Source of the DNA: a virus | Length of the DNA stretch: 64,000 nucleotides | Virus record (IMG/VR): IMGVR_UViG_3300029922_000003 | Direction: 5' to 3' (one strand) | Part shown: one piece after another, positions 55,353-63,842 of the stretch | Position numbering within the stretch: position 1 is the stretch's first letter | Layout: every line of letters starts with the position of its first letter | Position numbers and translations under genes: made by a program | The notes under the pieces: model-generated | The model's input: the letters and a program-made list of their open reading frames with translations, nothing else | Database searches by the model: none | Told to the model about the DNA's origin: nothing

Positions 55353-55541
55353 CTACACCCTAGCTGCCCTACTTACTTCAAATTTCTGAATCTTGCCAAA
55401 CTGCCTATTGGCCTTTAGGGTGAATACCAGCTTATCTCCAGTATCCACAACAATACCCCTCTTAATGAGGGCTGTGTACTCTGGCTTGGTAAGTGGGCGC
55501 TCACCACTCTTTAGGATATTTCTGATTTTTTTAGATTTCAT
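55353..55541 (-). CDS. small basic protein
   Basis: 62 aa. Confidence 0.5.
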   Translation of the reverse strand: MKSKKIRNILKSGERPLTKPEYTALIKRGIVVDTGDKLVFTLKANRQFGKIQKFEVSRAARV

Positions 55542-55544
55542 GGG

Positions 55545-55799
55545 TTATTCAACAGGTACTGGGGTGAAGTCTACATAGAAGGTATCCTCTGGATTGAACT
55601 TCCCAGCTGGTGCTGGATTAGTAACAGTCATCTTCAAGGATACTGATGGAGAGTATGTGGCAAGTGTATTGTCCTCATCCGTCCCATCAGCTGGGTATGT
55701 CCCCTTCTTACAGACACCACAGAAGTTAAGTACCTCGTGGCCTCCAGCATATTTTTCAACAGAGGTGATTCGTAGTTTTGCTCTCATGTGTGCACTCAT
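55545..55799 (-). CDS. phage hypothetical protein
   Basis: RAKLRI...SPS..LKMTVTNP...GKFNP.D.FYVDF. Confidence 0.65.
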   Translation of the reverse strand: MSAHMRAKLRITSVEKYAGGHEVLNFCGVCKKGTYPADGTDEDNTLATYSPSVSLKMTVTNPAPAGKFNPEDTFYVDFTPVPVE

Positions 55800-55809
55800 A
55801 TATTTATAA

Positions 55810-56436
55810 TTAAAATGTCCTAGTGAACCAGTACCCTACATCGTTGACAGAAGATCCAGCCTTTAGGATCAACCTACTGATCTTTTGTACCGACTTCCTG
55901 TATCCACCGAACGTAACCTTGTTCAAAATGTTTCTAGTTTTAGTCCAGGGATGATTCTCGTGGTCAGATATCATCTTTCTGAGCCTAGAGTGGCTCTCTT
56001 CTACCTCAGCCTTGGTAGAGTGGATCTCTGCCTTTAACAACTCTACGGATTTTAGCTCTCCGGTAACAAGTGTGGCACGAAACTCAATCCACCACTCATT
56101 GCCATCCTTATCTTTCTTAAGATCATAGAAGTCTACAGTAGCAGTTATGTGCTCTCTCATAGTCTCCCTGCTAGATTCTACAAAGTGTCTTGGCCAATAG
56201 AATCTATCCTTCTTTCTTCTCTCAGTCTGAACCTCTGGAGAATCCTCAATGTATTCTCCGTGGACAACCTCAGTGTACAGATTTCCATCCTCTTCGATAG
56301 TGTACTTCGACATAGTGTTGTCGAAGTCCTTGGTCTGGAATTTTACTTCTTTCCAGTCTGTATCGGGAAAAGATGACCGGATCTCATCTGTGAGTGGTAA
56401 ATCTTTCTTGAAGTAAAAATAGTCGAACATTCCCAT
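55810..56436 (-). CDS. phage hypothetical protein (MGMFD...FQTKD family)
   Basis: Start revised to ATG 56436. Confidence 0.65.
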   Translation of the reverse strand: MGMFDYFYFKKDLPLTDEIRSSFPDTDWKEVKFQTKDFDNTMSKYTIEEDGNLYTEVVHGEYIEDSPEVQTERRKKDRFYWPRHFVESSRETMREHITATVDFYDLKKDKDGNEWWIEFRATLVTGELKSVELLKAEIHSTKAEVEESHSRLRKMISDHENHPWTKTRNILNKVTFGGYRKSVQKISRLILKAGSSVNDVGYWFTRTF

Positions 56437-56495
56437 AGTGTGCATTTGTTGAACAAGAGTATTAACACTGGTGTTTATACAGTGCAATAGGAAAG

Positions 56496-56570
56496 TGGAG
56501 CTTCCGGCAGGATTTTAACCCGCGACATCTGCCATACAAAGGGAGTGCTCTAACGCTGAGCTACGGAAGC
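56496..56570 (-). tRNA. degenerate tRNA-Thr(UGU)-like element
   Basis: Perfect 7-bp acceptor stem plus CCA; D-loop lacks GG, T-loop TTAAAAT, C:C mismatch in the anticodon stem. Confidence 0.65.
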
Positions 56571-56571
56571 A

Positions 56572-56976
56572 TTAAACCCATGATGGATACTCTGTCCTAG
56601 TTGGACGAGGCTCCAGGCGATAGTCGATAAACAACTCTTCACCCTCAGGGATATCTACACTAGCAACAACCAATCTATCTTGCAAGAGCCATAAACAGTT
56701 TGGATTCCTAGAGTGATTTATATATGAGAACTTACTCCACCGATCACAGGTGACGCACCACTCATTATCAATCATCACATACCAACTCTTCCTAATCTGC
56801 TCTTCAGTAAGATCTGTGTATTTTAGTTTATACCAACCATCTTGGAACAGATTGTAATCAATAATAGTCTCGCCAACAGCAAAGTTGCGACCTGCAAATA
56901 AGCCCCACCCCTCAATAGAGGACGGCTTAACTACCGCATCTGGGGCATTGTCATCCTCTATGATAGGGGAGTCCAT
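56572..56976 (-). CDS. SET-domain protein (lysine methyltransferase fold)
   Basis: Start revised to ATG 56976; GWGLFA, YINHSRNPN, DIPEGEELFIDY. Confidence 0.9.
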   Translation of the reverse strand: MDSPIIEDDNAPDAVVKPSSIEGWGLFAGRNFAVGETIIDYNLFQDGWYKLKYTDLTEEQIRKSWYVMIDNEWCVTCDRWSKFSYINHSRNPNCLWLLQDRLVVASVDIPEGEELFIDYRLEPRPTRTEYPSWV

Positions 56977-56981
56977 ATCTA

Positions 56982-57113
56982 TTATTGGCAACTCTCGCAG
57001 ACCTCTCCACTACATCTCTCAGTAGCTTCTGGTCGCTCACCCAACTCAAAGTCAAACTCTGACTGGTCTTTACTTACTTCTTCTGTGGGTTCTTGGTTTG
57101 GTTCTGTACTCAT
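56982..57113 (-). CDS. 43-aa acidic peptide ending CSGEVCESCQ; not in the ORF track
   Basis: Manual translation MSTEPNQEPTEEVSKDQSEFDFELGERPEATERCSGEVCESCQ. Confidence 0.45.
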   Translation of the reverse strand: MSTEPNQEPTEEVSKDQSEFDFELGERPEATERCSGEVCESCQ

Positions 57114-57406
57114 AAATTTGATCGTCTCTCCCGATAGTCACTAGTTCTTCTGTCTTGTCATGAATTCCAGCCGAAGGTCTAGTCATCGCTGTAAGTTCTT
57201 TAAAATCTCCCAACTCTATCCTAGGTATAGGAAAGCACCGCATACGCAATACGATTCGAGTTGAGACCTCCCCCAGGATCTCCCAGAAGAGGAATTGGTC
57301 CTATCCAGGGAGAACCCAAGATAGGAAAACGGCTAGTGACCAATTCATCCGGTCACCGGAAACACACATGCGAGCAAGGAGATGATTCCGAACGCAAGTG
57401 CTACAT

Positions 57407-57482
57407 TGGTGACAGGTAGGATAATCGAAATCCTGACACGACAGTATGAGCGTCGTCGGAGCACCAGCCCCAGCCACCTGTG
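57407..57482 (-). ncRNA. 76-nt tRNA-like element with CAU anticodon
   Basis: CACAGGT/ACCTGTC acceptor (C1:C72 mismatch), CGACG-CTCATAC-TGTCG arm, AGGAT-TTCGATT-ATCCT T-arm, ACCA end; lacks U8 and G53:C61. Confidence 0.6.
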
Positions 57483-57638
57483 ATAAAAGCTGCACTACTT
57501 ATCGGGCGAGTGCACAACCACAGTTTTCAGAATGTAAAAGAGCGGCCCCCAGGTTTGAGCATTGTTAATAAGCTTTGGGGGCTCTGTTGCTACTACTTTC
57601 TTACATTTCCTAATGCTCGTCAACACTAAAAAGAAAAA

Positions 57639-57668
57639 GGACCCAACCTGGGGTATCAGGCTGGGCCC
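57639..57668 (-). terminator. intrinsic terminator
   Basis: 12-bp stem with G:U pairs on the minus strand, followed by a T-run. Confidence 0.75.
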
Positions 57669-57690
57669 AAATGATTTCTAACCTAAAGTA

Positions 57691-57951
57691 TTAGGCAAGA
57701 GCTGCAAGAGCAGCAGCGAGCTTGGTAGCGTCTGTAGCGTTAGCAGAGGCAACGATGAGGTTGATCTGAGCGACAGCAAGGGTACCGAGAGCTGTAGCGA
57801 TGTCAGCAGCAGCAACAGCTGGGTTTGGGCCCTGAGCTGGTACACCATTAGCAAGGACACCACTAGCATTGGTAGCGATTCCACTAATTTGGTTTGCAAG
57901 GCTGGCGGCGGTGTTGGCTGCACGAGCAGCGGCGGTAATTGCGATTGGCAT
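57691..57951 (-). CDS. small Ala-rich protein
   Basis: 86 aa, apparently monocistronic. Confidence 0.55.
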   Translation of the reverse strand: MPIAITAAARAANTAASLANQISGIATNASGVLANGVPAQGPNPAVAAADIATALGTLAVAQINLIVASANATDATKLAAALAALA

Positions 57952-58017
57952 TGTTTTTTTTGACTCTTTGATCGGTAGTCTTCCGGGTTACTTTCTAAAT
58001 TCTGAGTTCTTTGTAAC

Positions 58018-58037
58018 TCCCAATTGATCAATTGGGA
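58018..58037. repeat. perfect 20-bp palindrome
   Basis: TCCCAATTGATCAATTGGGA. Confidence 0.9.
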
Positions 58038-58138
58038 TAACTAAAGAGTTGTCAGGTTTAAATAAGATCTTCAACTAGTTTGAGAAAACAACCATATATT
58101 GTCAAGTGCTTTTGTGTATCGAGTAGATGGTTGGTTTA

Positions 58139-61100
58139 CTATGATATAAATTGTGCGGGAATCTTGTAGGTGCTGCCACCCACAACTATTTCGATGGTGC
58201 TGTCGCAGGTAATCGTTTCTGTGACTACTGAGTTGTTGCAATAGAGAGAGCCTCCAGAATCAAAACCGCCTTCACCGCCAGCGAACGAAGCACTTGGAGC
58301 TTGAAGGGCTAGGCCTGAGCCGTCATCGACGGTGCTGCCAACAATAAAGTTTCCAGGGGTGTAGAGTCCTCCAGCGTAGGCTCTGCCAAAAAAGGTATCA
58401 GCCACATTGTTGTTGTTCGTCCACGATGAAAACGAGAAAATATAATCAGCAGGAACCCTGACCTGCTTGATGTCGTCGGTGATGTTTAAGGCTAAAGTGG
58501 AACCCGTATAGAAACTAAGGTTGTTTCCATCGGTGGCAAATCCAACATTAGTGTTTTCGGTAAAAGAGTACCCAAGGCCACCATAGGACACGCTCCCGCT
58601 TTGAGCATAGACCGTGCCGTTTCCATCCACTCCTGCCCCACCTGAAGCAAACCCAGCACTGCCGTCTGCATTTAGAGAGATCGCACCCACATTGACTCCA
58701 AGGCTCGCGAAGGTAGGGGAGTCGGTGGTATTCAGCGACTGGTCGAATGGGTCACCACCACCAGTTGAATACCCCGCATCATTGTAGAAGCTGGATACAT
58801 TCATTCCCACCATTGCCACGCTCTGAGAACCATACTGCAACCCGCTGTCATCAAAGAGGGTGTTGGATGTTCCCGCAAACCCGAGACTAGGGACTACCGT
58901 GTTACCATACGGGTCAATGATTGCCTGCCCTGAGGAGAAGCTTGCTGATCCATCACTCCCGATAACCGATTGTCCTACTGCGAAAGAAGCCGAGCCATCA
59001 ACATTTATAGTGGCTGCATAACCACTAAACACAGCCGACCCGTCCGCATTTAAGACCCAGTTCGAAGCAGGCCCAATCATATTGCAGGAAGGGTCTATAT
59101 TAACCTTACTGCCGTAGTAGTTACCTATGTAGATATTGCCATCATCTGCAAGCTGCTGGCAAGCTAGGGAGCTGGCGTTGTAGTAATTGAATAACCCGAG
59201 AGAATCATCAAAAGATAATGATGCTCTGTGCGTACCGCTGACACTTACAGCGATCTCCCCGCCACTATTCATGGCCCAAACTTGGGGATGTCCTCCATTT
59301 GATGTAGAATGAACTTCAACATCAGTAAAAGAGGTGGTTCCACTTACAGTTAATCCACCAAATGAAGGGGAAGAGGTTGTATTCAGAAGTTGATTGAAAT
59401 AATTATATTCAGTAGTGAGATAGCCAGAGTCATTTGTGAAGTGACTTAGCCCGATTCCCTGCATTGCAATAGTTGAAGTTCCGTACTTCAACCCACTAGA
59501 ATCATGTAGCTCACTTCCTCCGTTTAAATAAACTCCTGCAAAGGTGGGAGAAGAGGTTGTTCCCACTGCCTGATTCATGGAGTAGAAATTAGTGGCGGAG
59601 AGGTGACCAAGCGCATCAATAGTAGCCCCGCCTCCAAAGGTAGAGATGCCTGTGACAGTTAGCCCTGCAAAGCTGGGAGAATCGGTCGTGTTGAGAGACT
59701 GGTCAAAAATGTTGTACTCGCTAGTGAGATACCCCATGTCATTAGCAAAGTTGGAAACATTAATCCCAACCATAGCTACACTCTGAAATCCGTATTGCAG
59801 ACCACCATCGTCATAGAGGGTCGCTCCATCACTCTCAGGGAAAGCTAGGCTAGATACCACAGTATTTCCTGATGAATCGATAGTTGCTCCGGTATTGCCA
59901 AAAGAGGCAGAGCCATCTAGGTTAAGCTGCGAGTAAGGGAGTATTAATGGAGAGTCAAGATATAGGTTTTGCGGCGTACCGGTTGAATCTCCTCCAGTAA
60001 TACTTATGAGCCTTCCACCCTGCCAGTTGAGCTCGTAACCTGGACTATCATCAATGAGGTCCCGATAAGAGAACAAGCTAACGCCATTTTCGCCTGAATA
60101 ATCGGTACCATTAAAAAAACTCCCTGTGCCAACATAAGAAAACTGTGAAACATAGAGTGATGGGGCATAAATTATTCCAGTAAATTCGGCAGAAACTTCT
60201 CCGGAAATAGAACTAGAATAGTGGGTGCCTAGTATTACCCCAGAATCTACATAGACAGGGACATGGAAAAGTGCCTCACCCCCACCACTAACAACATAAA
60301 ATTGAATAGCGTTGCTACCAAATGAAGCGTTCCCAGAGCTGCCTAGAGTAGTAGCTCCATCAGCAAAAGAGGCAGAACCATCATTATTTAAAACTGTGTT
60401 ATAGCTAGTACCATTCCAACCAATACCAGCGTCATGGGCATAAAGATGGCTAGTCGCGGTAACAGTCCCAGTGCTAAAACTAGGTACACTAATACCAGAG
60501 AACGTACCAAGACCTGCAGCAGATATGGTAGCAGTCCCAGCAGCAAAGGAGGCAGATCCATCAGATGCATGGATTACTGCCTTTGTCGGACCTGTTCCTA
60601 CAGATAGATTTCCATAGGAAAAGAGAGATACAGCCGAAACGTTACCACTGCTATCAACCTCAGTCCCAGATCCCGTACCTAATCTTCCTCCTAGATAAGT
60701 AATCCCCTCAAAGTAAGAAGTGCCAGTCTGATCTAGAGTTCCTGACATTGACAGTCCTCCAGTTATAACGGCACCATTTCCTATAGCTGCACCGGAGGCA
60801 GAAGCTATATATGCTGTGGTTATTTGCGCAGAATGGAGGATCCCATTATTGGATATAGTAGCAGCACCATTGGCAAAAGAGGCAGATCCATCAGCATTGA
60901 GGTGTGTAAACCCACCCGTAGTCCCAAGAGTAAGGTTTCCATAAGCATCAATAATAAACTCTCCGACAGTCAGTCCAGCGAAAGTCGGTGAACTTCCTGT
61001 ATTGAGAAGTTGATTGAAATAGTTATATTCAGTAGTGAGATAGCCAGCGTCATTAGAAAAATAACTAACTCCAATACCCTGCATGGCTACCGTGCTTGAA

Positions 61101-61510
61101 CCATACTTTAGTCCACTGGAATCATGAAGTTCACTTCCTCCACTTAAATAAACTCCCGCAAATGTAGGGGAATTGGTTGTATTGAGAAGTTGATTGAAAT
61201 AGTTATATTCAGTAGTGAGATAACCAGAGTCATTAGAAAAATGACTAACTCCAATACCCTGCATGGCTACGACTTGCGATCCATAGTGGAGTCCGCTCGA
61301 GTCGTGGAGTGTATCGCTACCACCGCCTGTAAGTCCTACGCTTGGAAGAACTATGTTCCCATAGGAATCAACAACAAGCCCTCCAACAGTCAGTCCACCG
61401 AAGGTAGGGGAACTGGTCGTACTTAAGGGTTGATTGGGGGGAGTATATGTAAACTCCTTGTATGAACCATCAGACTGAAGCTCCTGTACTGTAAAATCAC
61501 CTGTTGCCAT
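58139..61510 (-). CDS. large Gly/Ser-rich modular fibre/adhesin-like protein
   Basis: Start revised to ATG 61510 (TAATG overlap); five ~53-aa L[HY]DxxGLxYG..AM.G..VS.F.NDxGY...F.Q.LNTT.SP.F modules. Confidence 0.7.
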   Translation of the reverse strand: MATGDFTVQELQSDGSYKEFTYTPPNQPLSTTSSPTFGGLTVGGLVVDSYGNIVLPSVGLTGGGSDTLHDSSGLHYGSQVVAMQGIGVSHFSNDSGYLTTEYNYFNQLLNTTNSPTFAGVYLSGGSELHDSSGLKYGSSTVAMQGIGVSYFSNDAGYLTTEYNYFNQLLNTGSSPTFAGLTVGEFIIDAYGNLTLGTTGGFTHLNADGSASFANGAATISNNGILHSAQITTAYIASASGAAIGNGAVITGGLSMSGTLDQTGTSYFEGITYLGGRLGTGSGTEVDSSGNVSAVSLFSYGNLSVGTGPTKAVIHASDGSASFAAGTATISAAGLGTFSGISVPSFSTGTVTATSHLYAHDAGIGWNGTSYNTVLNNDGSASFADGATTLGSSGNASFGSNAIQFYVVSGGGEALFHVPVYVDSGVILGTHYSSSISGEVSAEFTGIIYAPSLYVSQFSYVGTGSFFNGTDYSGENGVSLFSYRDLIDDSPGYELNWQGGRLISITGGDSTGTPQNLYLDSPLILPYSQLNLDGSASFGNTGATIDSSGNTVVSSLAFPESDGATLYDDGGLQYGFQSVAMVGINVSNFANDMGYLTSEYNIFDQSLNTTDSPSFAGLTVTGISTFGGGATIDALGHLSATNFYSMNQAVGTTSSPTFAGVYLNGGSELHDSSGLKYGTSTIAMQGIGLSHFTNDSGYLTTEYNYFNQLLNTTSSPSFGGLTVSGTTSFTDVEVHSTSNGGHPQVWAMNSGGEIAVSVSGTHRASLSFDDSLGLFNYYNASSLACQQLADDGNIYIGNYYGSKVNIDPSCNMIGPASNWVLNADGSAVFSGYAATINVDGSASFAVGQSVIGSDGSASFSSGQAIIDPYGNTVVPSLGFAGTSNTLFDDSGLQYGSQSVAMVGMNVSSFYNDAGYSTGGGDPFDQSLNTTDSPTFASLGVNVGAISLNADGSAGFASGGAGVDGNGTVYAQSGSVSYGGLGYSFTENTNVGFATDGNNLSFYTGSTLALNITDDIKQVRVPADYIFSFSSWTNNNNVADTFFGRAYAGGLYTPGNFIVGSTVDDGSGLALQAPSASFAGGEGGFDSGGSLYCNNSVVTETITCDSTIEIVVGGSTYKIPAQFIS

Positions 61511-61803
61511 TACCAAGATCCTAGGATAGTCCTCTTCCACACGTTGGTACCAACGCATATGTAGAGATAGTTGTTTGTATAAGAGAGGGCACCTGGAAGT
61601 CCGGTAGAGTTAGTAGCGCTGGGAGGGGTTACCCATCCAAGCGCATTGAATCCAGATAATGCATTGGACCTGAGGTAGTTGAGCGTGTTGGTACTGAAGT
61701 TAGTTGTATTTACCGAAGAGTTAGCACCAAGATTATACTTTGGGGCAGTCTGGGGAAAAGCAGTTCCAACTAAAAATAGGAATAGCGCTAGTGTTGTTCT
61801 CAT
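61510..61803 (-). CDS. secreted/fibre-associated small protein
   Basis: Signal-peptide-like N-terminus; NYLYICVGTNVWKR...W motif of phage fibre C-termini. Confidence 0.6.
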   Translation of the reverse strand: MRTTLALFLFLVGTAFPQTAPKYNLGANSSVNTTNFSTNTLNYLRSNALSGFNALGWVTPPSATNSTGLPGALSYTNNYLYICVGTNVWKRTILGSW

Positions 61804-61814
61804 TCGTGTTCTCT

Positions 61815-61843
61815 ATAATATGAGTAAGGTTAAGGTAAGTCAA
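61815..61843 (-). promoter_or_regulatory. sigma70-like promoter
   Basis: TTGACT-17-TATTAT. Confidence 0.65.
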
Positions 61844-61845
61844 GA

Positions 61846-61858
61846 TACCTGGTAGCTA
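61846..61858. promoter_or_regulatory. TACCTG-G-TAGCTA junction motif (copy 3)
   Basis: Shares CTGGYAGCTA plus A-run with copies 1 and 2. Confidence 0.45.
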
Positions 61859-61915
61859 AAAAAAGCCAACCTGAGCGAGGAACTCCCTAAAGGGAGTTCC
61901 CCGACAGGGGCTTTT
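61858..61915 (-). terminator. long nested hairpin / terminator
   Basis: AAAAGCC..CCTG..GGAACTCCCT-AA-AGGGAGTTCC..CAGG-GGCTTTT. Confidence 0.65.
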
Positions 61916-61920
61916 GATCT

Positions 61921-62394
61921 CTACTGAGAAGGGGATTGAAGCTCGAGCATAATCTCGCGCTCCCTCTCTGCTTTCCTAAGCTTCTGGTTAGTTTTCCTCA
62001 GGGCATTGTTCTCGACCCTCAGCACAGCCATCTTGCCAAGCATCCTTGTGAAGTTCTCCCTGGCGAGTTTGCTTCTGTGATCTTCCCGAGACAATGCAAG
62101 CCTGAGAGCCTCTTTGTAGCCCTCTAGCCTTTCATCTACGGAGATAGCTTTGCAATCTAGTGCATGATATCCCCAGTAGTGACATGCTGCACACCTGGAA
62201 CCAGGTGGCCTCACTGCCTCAGGCTTTGTCTGTAAACTTTCGTTCTTTGCTTCCATGAGTTCTTTGTAGGTGTGATTGCTGTGGCAGTCATTGCCCTGAA
62301 GCCAAACCAATCGTTGGTAATAGTTCATCCAGGACTTGCATCCACACTTGTGTTGAGTCCTAGTGCCTATCGGTTTCTGTACTTGTGTCTCCAT
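61921..62394 (-). CDS. hypothetical protein, Cys motifs plus coiled coil
   Basis: 157 aa. Confidence 0.55.
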   Translation of the reverse strand: METQVQKPIGTRTQHKCGCKSWMNYYQRLVWLQGNDCHSNHTYKELMEAKNESLQTKPEAVRPPGSRCAACHYWGYHALDCKAISVDERLEGYKEALRLALSREDHRSKLARENFTRMLGKMAVLRVENNALRKTNQKLRKAEREREIMLELQSPSQ

Positions 62395-62752
62395 TGGGTT
62401 TGGGTGTTTTTACTTTAGCTAGTGCATAGGAACAGACCCTCTGAATACTTCCCGCTGGGGCAGGATTCATGAGGGAGAGTTCATACACTCTTTCCAAAGC
62501 AGCGATGGCGTCAGGAACCCTATCAAGGTTGAGATCACTCATCTTTATTTCTTTCAGCAAGTAGTCTTCGTCGTACTCATTGCATGAAGGCTTAATGGGC
62601 ACACTTGGCTTTATGTCCTCGAGAAACCAATGCGCTGAGGTACATCCGTGGACACGCTTCCCAACAACCTTGTTGTGTTTGTTTACGGAGAATTTGCAAC
62701 CGCATTCCCTGCATATCCCAGCCGTAGGTGGTGGATAGATACTTTTTTGCAT
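62360..62752 (-). CDS. hypothetical protein with Zn-ribbon-like N-terminus
   Basis: CRECGC...HGC. Confidence 0.55.
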   Translation of the reverse strand: MQKSIYPPPTAGICRECGCKFSVNKHNKVVGKRVHGCTSAHWFLEDIKPSVPIKPSCNEYDEDYLLKEIKMSDLNLDRVPDAIAALERVYELSLMNPAPAGSIQRVCSYALAKVKTPKPNGDTSTETDRH

Positions 62753-62755
62753 ATG

Positions 62756-63022
62756 CTATTCCTTCTTAGAGTCAACCAGCAGGATTGAGACAACCTCAAA
62801 GCTGTAGATCTTCATCTGAGCTCCTTCCTTGTCCAATCTCTCCATTGTCGTCTTAATGGCGTTACACACTCTTTCGCTATCGACCTGCTCGCCAGGCTTG
62901 TAGTCGATAATAAAGAGTTCCCTTTTTGCAGCATACTCAATACCTAGTCCTGCATTCTTGAGCATGCCACTGAGTAGACGGTTGCCCGTCATTACCTCTA
63001 CTTTTGCTTGGTAGTGTTTCAT
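62756..63022 (-). CDS. hypothetical protein
   Basis: 88 aa, SD AAAGGAGG. Confidence 0.65.
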   Translation of the reverse strand: MKHYQAKVEVMTGNRLLSGMLKNAGLGIEYAAKRELFIIDYKPGEQVDSERVCNAIKTTMERLDKEGAQMKIYSFEVVSILLVDSKKE

Positions 63023-63037
63023 TGTTCCTCCTTTGTT

Positions 63038-63544
63038 TTAGTTGTTATTTGTAAACATATTTTCATTTCTTTCATATATTCTATCTATCATTTGGATATC
63101 AAACCTAGTGAGGTCTCTGTACTGACTTGGAAAAATTTGCAACTCTCTAGTCCTTGGAAACACTGATAGTATATAACAATCTTCACCGTGTGGATTATAA
63201 GATACCATAGTAATATTCTCATTAATTATGGCTGCTAATCTGGTCATTACTTTGTGTGGGGTTCCACCACTGGTAATAAACCCATACATATTTCGATTGG
63301 CAGAACACTGACTATCAATAGGGAGAGATTCACACCCCCATGCGTTAAAGCATACCTCTCGTATATGTTCGATATTATCTGCGGTAAATGATATTGGCTT
63401 TATTCTACTAAAATCAAGACCACCTTGTATTCCAAACAAGCCATGTGGCACCGTAAGGTAAAAATCAAGAGGGCGGTGCGTAATATCTATAATCTGTAAG
63501 GTATTGATATATGGATTATTCATTCTTGTTGAGTTCGTCCGCAA
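63038..63544 (-). CDS. hypothetical AT-rich protein
   Basis: 168 aa. Confidence 0.5.
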   Translation of the reverse strand: MRTNSTRMNNPYINTLQIIDITHRPLDFYLTVPHGLFGIQGGLDFSRIKPISFTADNIEHIREVCFNAWGCESLPIDSQCSANRNMYGFITSGGTPHKVMTRLAAIINENITMVSYNPHGEDCYILSVFPRTRELQIFPSQYRDLTRFDIQMIDRIYERNENMFTNNN

Positions 63545-63839
63545 ATCGCTTGGCTTCTTTTATATCAATGCAATGAGCAAATAGAGTCTTCTCGTTTTTG
63601 TAAACTATGTCCTCGTTTAATCCCTTATACCCAGCCGTATAAACATCCCTCTTCCCCTGCTGGCTATTGAGGAATTCTGCGATTGCTGTGCAGAAGATGG
63701 AGCGAACCACCTCTCGTTCATCCGCTATGGTTAAGATGAGGTTTCCGTTGCTGTCTGTAATCTGCCCCTCGCCACATGATATGAATGGGTCTGTGTATTC
63801 TGATAGTGCGGTTTGCAGGGGTGTTTTTTCTAGGTTCAT
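63516..63839 (-). CDS. hypothetical protein
   Basis: 107 aa. Confidence 0.55.
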   Translation of the reverse strand: MNLEKTPLQTALSEYTDPFISCGEGQITDSNGNLILTIADEREVVRSIFCTAIAEFLNSQQGKRDVYTAGYKGLNEDIVYKNEKTLFAHCIDIKEAKRFADELNKNE

Positions 63840-63842
63840 AAA

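Noticed and set aside
57200-57600. tmRNA or RNase P RNA
   Set aside because: The tRNA-like arms are contiguous with a normal anticodon arm (no tag ORF, no G3:U70), and no RNase P P4 consensus was found.
53371-61510. Diversity-generating retroelement or shufflon acting on the fibre repeats
   Set aside because: No reverse transcriptase or invertase is in the window, differences between copies are not adenine-specific, and repeats are direct and in-frame.
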